DNA of 541 bases, from the sequence record EF517047.1; one strand, given 5' to 3'. The position numbers and the translations under genes are program-made. This DNA is from a phage. This document shows, one piece after another, positions 1-541 of the stretch (position 1 is the stretch's first letter; the number at the start of each line of letters is the position of its first letter). The notes beneath the pieces were generated by a model. The model had not been told where the DNA came from, made no database searches, and worked only from the letters and a program-made list of their open reading frames with translations.

Positions 1-1
1 T

Positions 2-292
2 ACTGTGGAGGCAGGACGAGATGAGATGGCTGTAGGCTCTCACGCTAAGGGTTACAACCACAACTCTATCGGCGTCTGCCTTGTTGGTGGTATCAACGAT
101 AAAGGTAAGTTCGACGCTAACTTTACGCCAGCCCAAATGCAATCCCTTCGCTCACTGCTTGTCACACTGCTGGCTAAGTACGAAGGCGCTGTGCTTCGCG
201 CCCATCATGAGATAGCGCCGAAGGCTTGCCCTTCGTTCGACCTTAAGCGTTGGTGGGAGAAGAACGAACTGGTCACTTCTGATCGTGGATAA
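2..292 (+). CDS. 3.5: T7-type lysozyme / N-acetylmuramoyl-L-alanine amidase (gp3.5), 5'-partial; C-terminal ~96 codons plus TAA stop
   Basis: Frame beginning at position 2 translates as TVEAGRDEMAVGSHAKGYNHNSIGVCLVGGINDKGKFDANFTPAQMQSLRSLLVTLLAKYEGAVLRAHHEIAPKACPSFDLKRWWEKNELVTSDRG*, which I recognise as the C-terminus of T7 lysozyme. The ORF track's 5..292 ORF is the same frame; its GTG at 5-7 is an internal Val codon, not the true start, and the frame is open to the window edge. From memory of the T7 protein there are two conservative differences (GGIDDKG to GGINDKG, HEVAPK to HEIAPK). The AHHEIAPKAC segment contains the His and Cys residues I recall as zinc ligands and the Lys needed for amidase activity. 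Confidence 0.95.
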   Translation, partial: TVEAGRDEMAVGSHAKGYNHNSIGVCLVGGINDKGKFDANFTPAQMQSLRSLLVTLLAKYEGAVLRAHHEIAPKACPSFDLKRWWEKNELVTSDRG

Positions 293-293
293 T

Positions 294-316
294 TAATTGA
301 ACTCACTAAAGGGAGA
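294..316 (+). promoter_or_regulatory. phi3.8: T7 RNA polymerase class II promoter, phi3.8-like (-17 to +6); predicted +1 at G311
   Basis: TAATTGAACTCACTAAAGGGAGA at 294-316 aligns to the T7 promoter consensus TAATACGACTCACTATAGGGAGA. The core CTCACTA and the GGGAGA initiation region are intact, with mismatches at -13, -12, -11 and -2. It matches my recollection of the native T7 phi3.8 promoter. The 45-nt spacing from +1 (311) to the downstream ATG (356) is the same as I recall for T7 phi3.8 and gene 3.8. Confidence 0.9.
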
Positions 317-331
317 CCACAGCGGTTTCCC
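311..331 (+). other. RNA stem-loop at the 5' end of the phi3.8 transcript (8-bp stem, 5-nt loop); possibly part of an RNase III R3.8-type processing structure
   Basis: GGGAGACC (311-318) pairs with GGTTTCCC (324-331): 311-331 G-C, 312-330 G-C, 313-329 G-C, 314-328 A-U, 315-327 G-U wobble, 316-326 A-U, 317-325 C-G, 318-324 C-G. Loop is ACAGC (319-323). I paired this by hand; no energy was computed. From memory, T7 has an RNase III site (R3.8) between phi3.8 and gene 3.8. Confidence 0.5.
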
Positions 332-344
332 TTTGTTCGCATTG

Positions 345-349
345 AAGGT
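345..349 (+). promoter_or_regulatory. Shine-Dalgarno sequence for gene 3.8
   Basis: AAGGU at 345-349 (within GAAGGT 344-349) is complementary to the 16S rRNA 3' end and sits 6 nt upstream of ATG 356-358. Confidence 0.65.
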
Positions 350-355
350 CAAATA

Positions 356-541
356 ATGCGCAAGTCTTATAAACAATTCTATAAGGCTCCGAGAAGGCAT
401 ATCCAAGTGTGAAAGGCAGCCAATGGACCTATACCAAAAGGTTATTATATAGACCACATTGACGGCAATTCACTCAACGACGCCTTAGACAATCTCCATC
501 TGGCTCTCCCAAAAGAAAACTCATGGAACATGAAGACTCCA
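356..541 (+). pseudogene. 3.8: Gene 3.8 homologue (HNH endonuclease-like), 3'-partial, interrupted by an in-frame TGA at codon 19 (410-412); may be inactivated or depend on UGA readthrough
   Basis: ATG at 356 with SD, then MRKSYKQFYKAPRRHIQV, TGA at 410-412, then in the same frame with no further stop KAANGPIPKGYYIDHIDGNSLNDALDNLHLALPKENSWNMKTP to position 541. The downstream part carries the HNH-type motif (DHIDGN...N...NL...N). As I recall it, T7 gp3.8 reads HIQVWEAANGPIPKGYYIDHIDGNPLNDALDNLRLALPKENSWN, so TGA replaces a Trp codon (TGG) and the next codon is AAG where T7 has GAG. The ORF track lists nothing here because of the stop. Confidence 0.7.

Noticed and set aside
5-7. GTG at 5-7 reported by the ORF track as the start (M) of a 95-aa ORF.
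   Set aside because: The frame is open upstream to the window edge and the sequence is internal to lysozyme (Val in ...DGTVEAGRDE...). The real start codon lies outside the window.
291-298. Perfect 8-bp palindrome AATTAATT immediately after the lysozyme stop.
   Set aside because: It falls in the AT-rich upstream part of the T7 promoter (-17 to -13 region) and is fully explained by it. There is no evidence for a separate protein binding site or restriction-related function.
311-340. The GC-based hairpin (311-331) followed by a T-rich run (CTTTGTT, 331-337) resembles a rho-independent terminator for transcripts reading out of the lysozyme gene.
   Set aside because: The stem begins exactly at the +1 of a T7 promoter, and class II T7 messages are known to read through this junction. 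The T tract is interrupted and short. A role as a 5' leader or RNase III processing structure is more parsimonious.
423-452. Out-of-frame ATG at 423-425 with an upstream AAGG, which might be a restart site after the TGA.
   Set aside because: It encodes only 9 residues (MDLYQKVII) before TAG at 450-452 and is not in the HNH frame, so it cannot rescue the downstream domain. At most it is an incidental translational-coupling artefact.
1-541. Possibility that the window contains a novel defence, anti-defence or other undescribed system.
   Set aside because: Every segment is accounted for by canonical T7 class II elements (lysozyme 3', phi3.8 promoter, leader hairpin, gene 3.8). There are no unexplained ORFs on either strand, no repeat arrays and no mobile-element ends. 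The only non-canonical element is the TGA in gene 3.8.

Overview
This window reads as the class II region of a bacteriophage very closely related to T7; I see no novel system here. It holds the 3' two-thirds of gene 3.5 (T7 lysozyme, an N-acetylmuramoyl-L-alanine amidase that also inhibits T7 RNA polymerase) ending at TAA 290-292. A T7 RNA polymerase promoter matching phi3.8 follows at 294-316, with predicted transcription start at G311. The 5' leader folds into an 8-bp stem-loop (311-331), then a Shine-Dalgarno (345-349) and the ATG of a gene 3.8 homologue (HNH-endonuclease family) at 356. The one unusual point is an in-frame TGA at 410-412 (codon 19 of gene 3.8), at the position where this family has a conserved Trp. 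The reading frame stays open and homologous to the end of the window, which is why the ORF track shows no ORF here. All comparisons to T7 are from memory, not from a database search.
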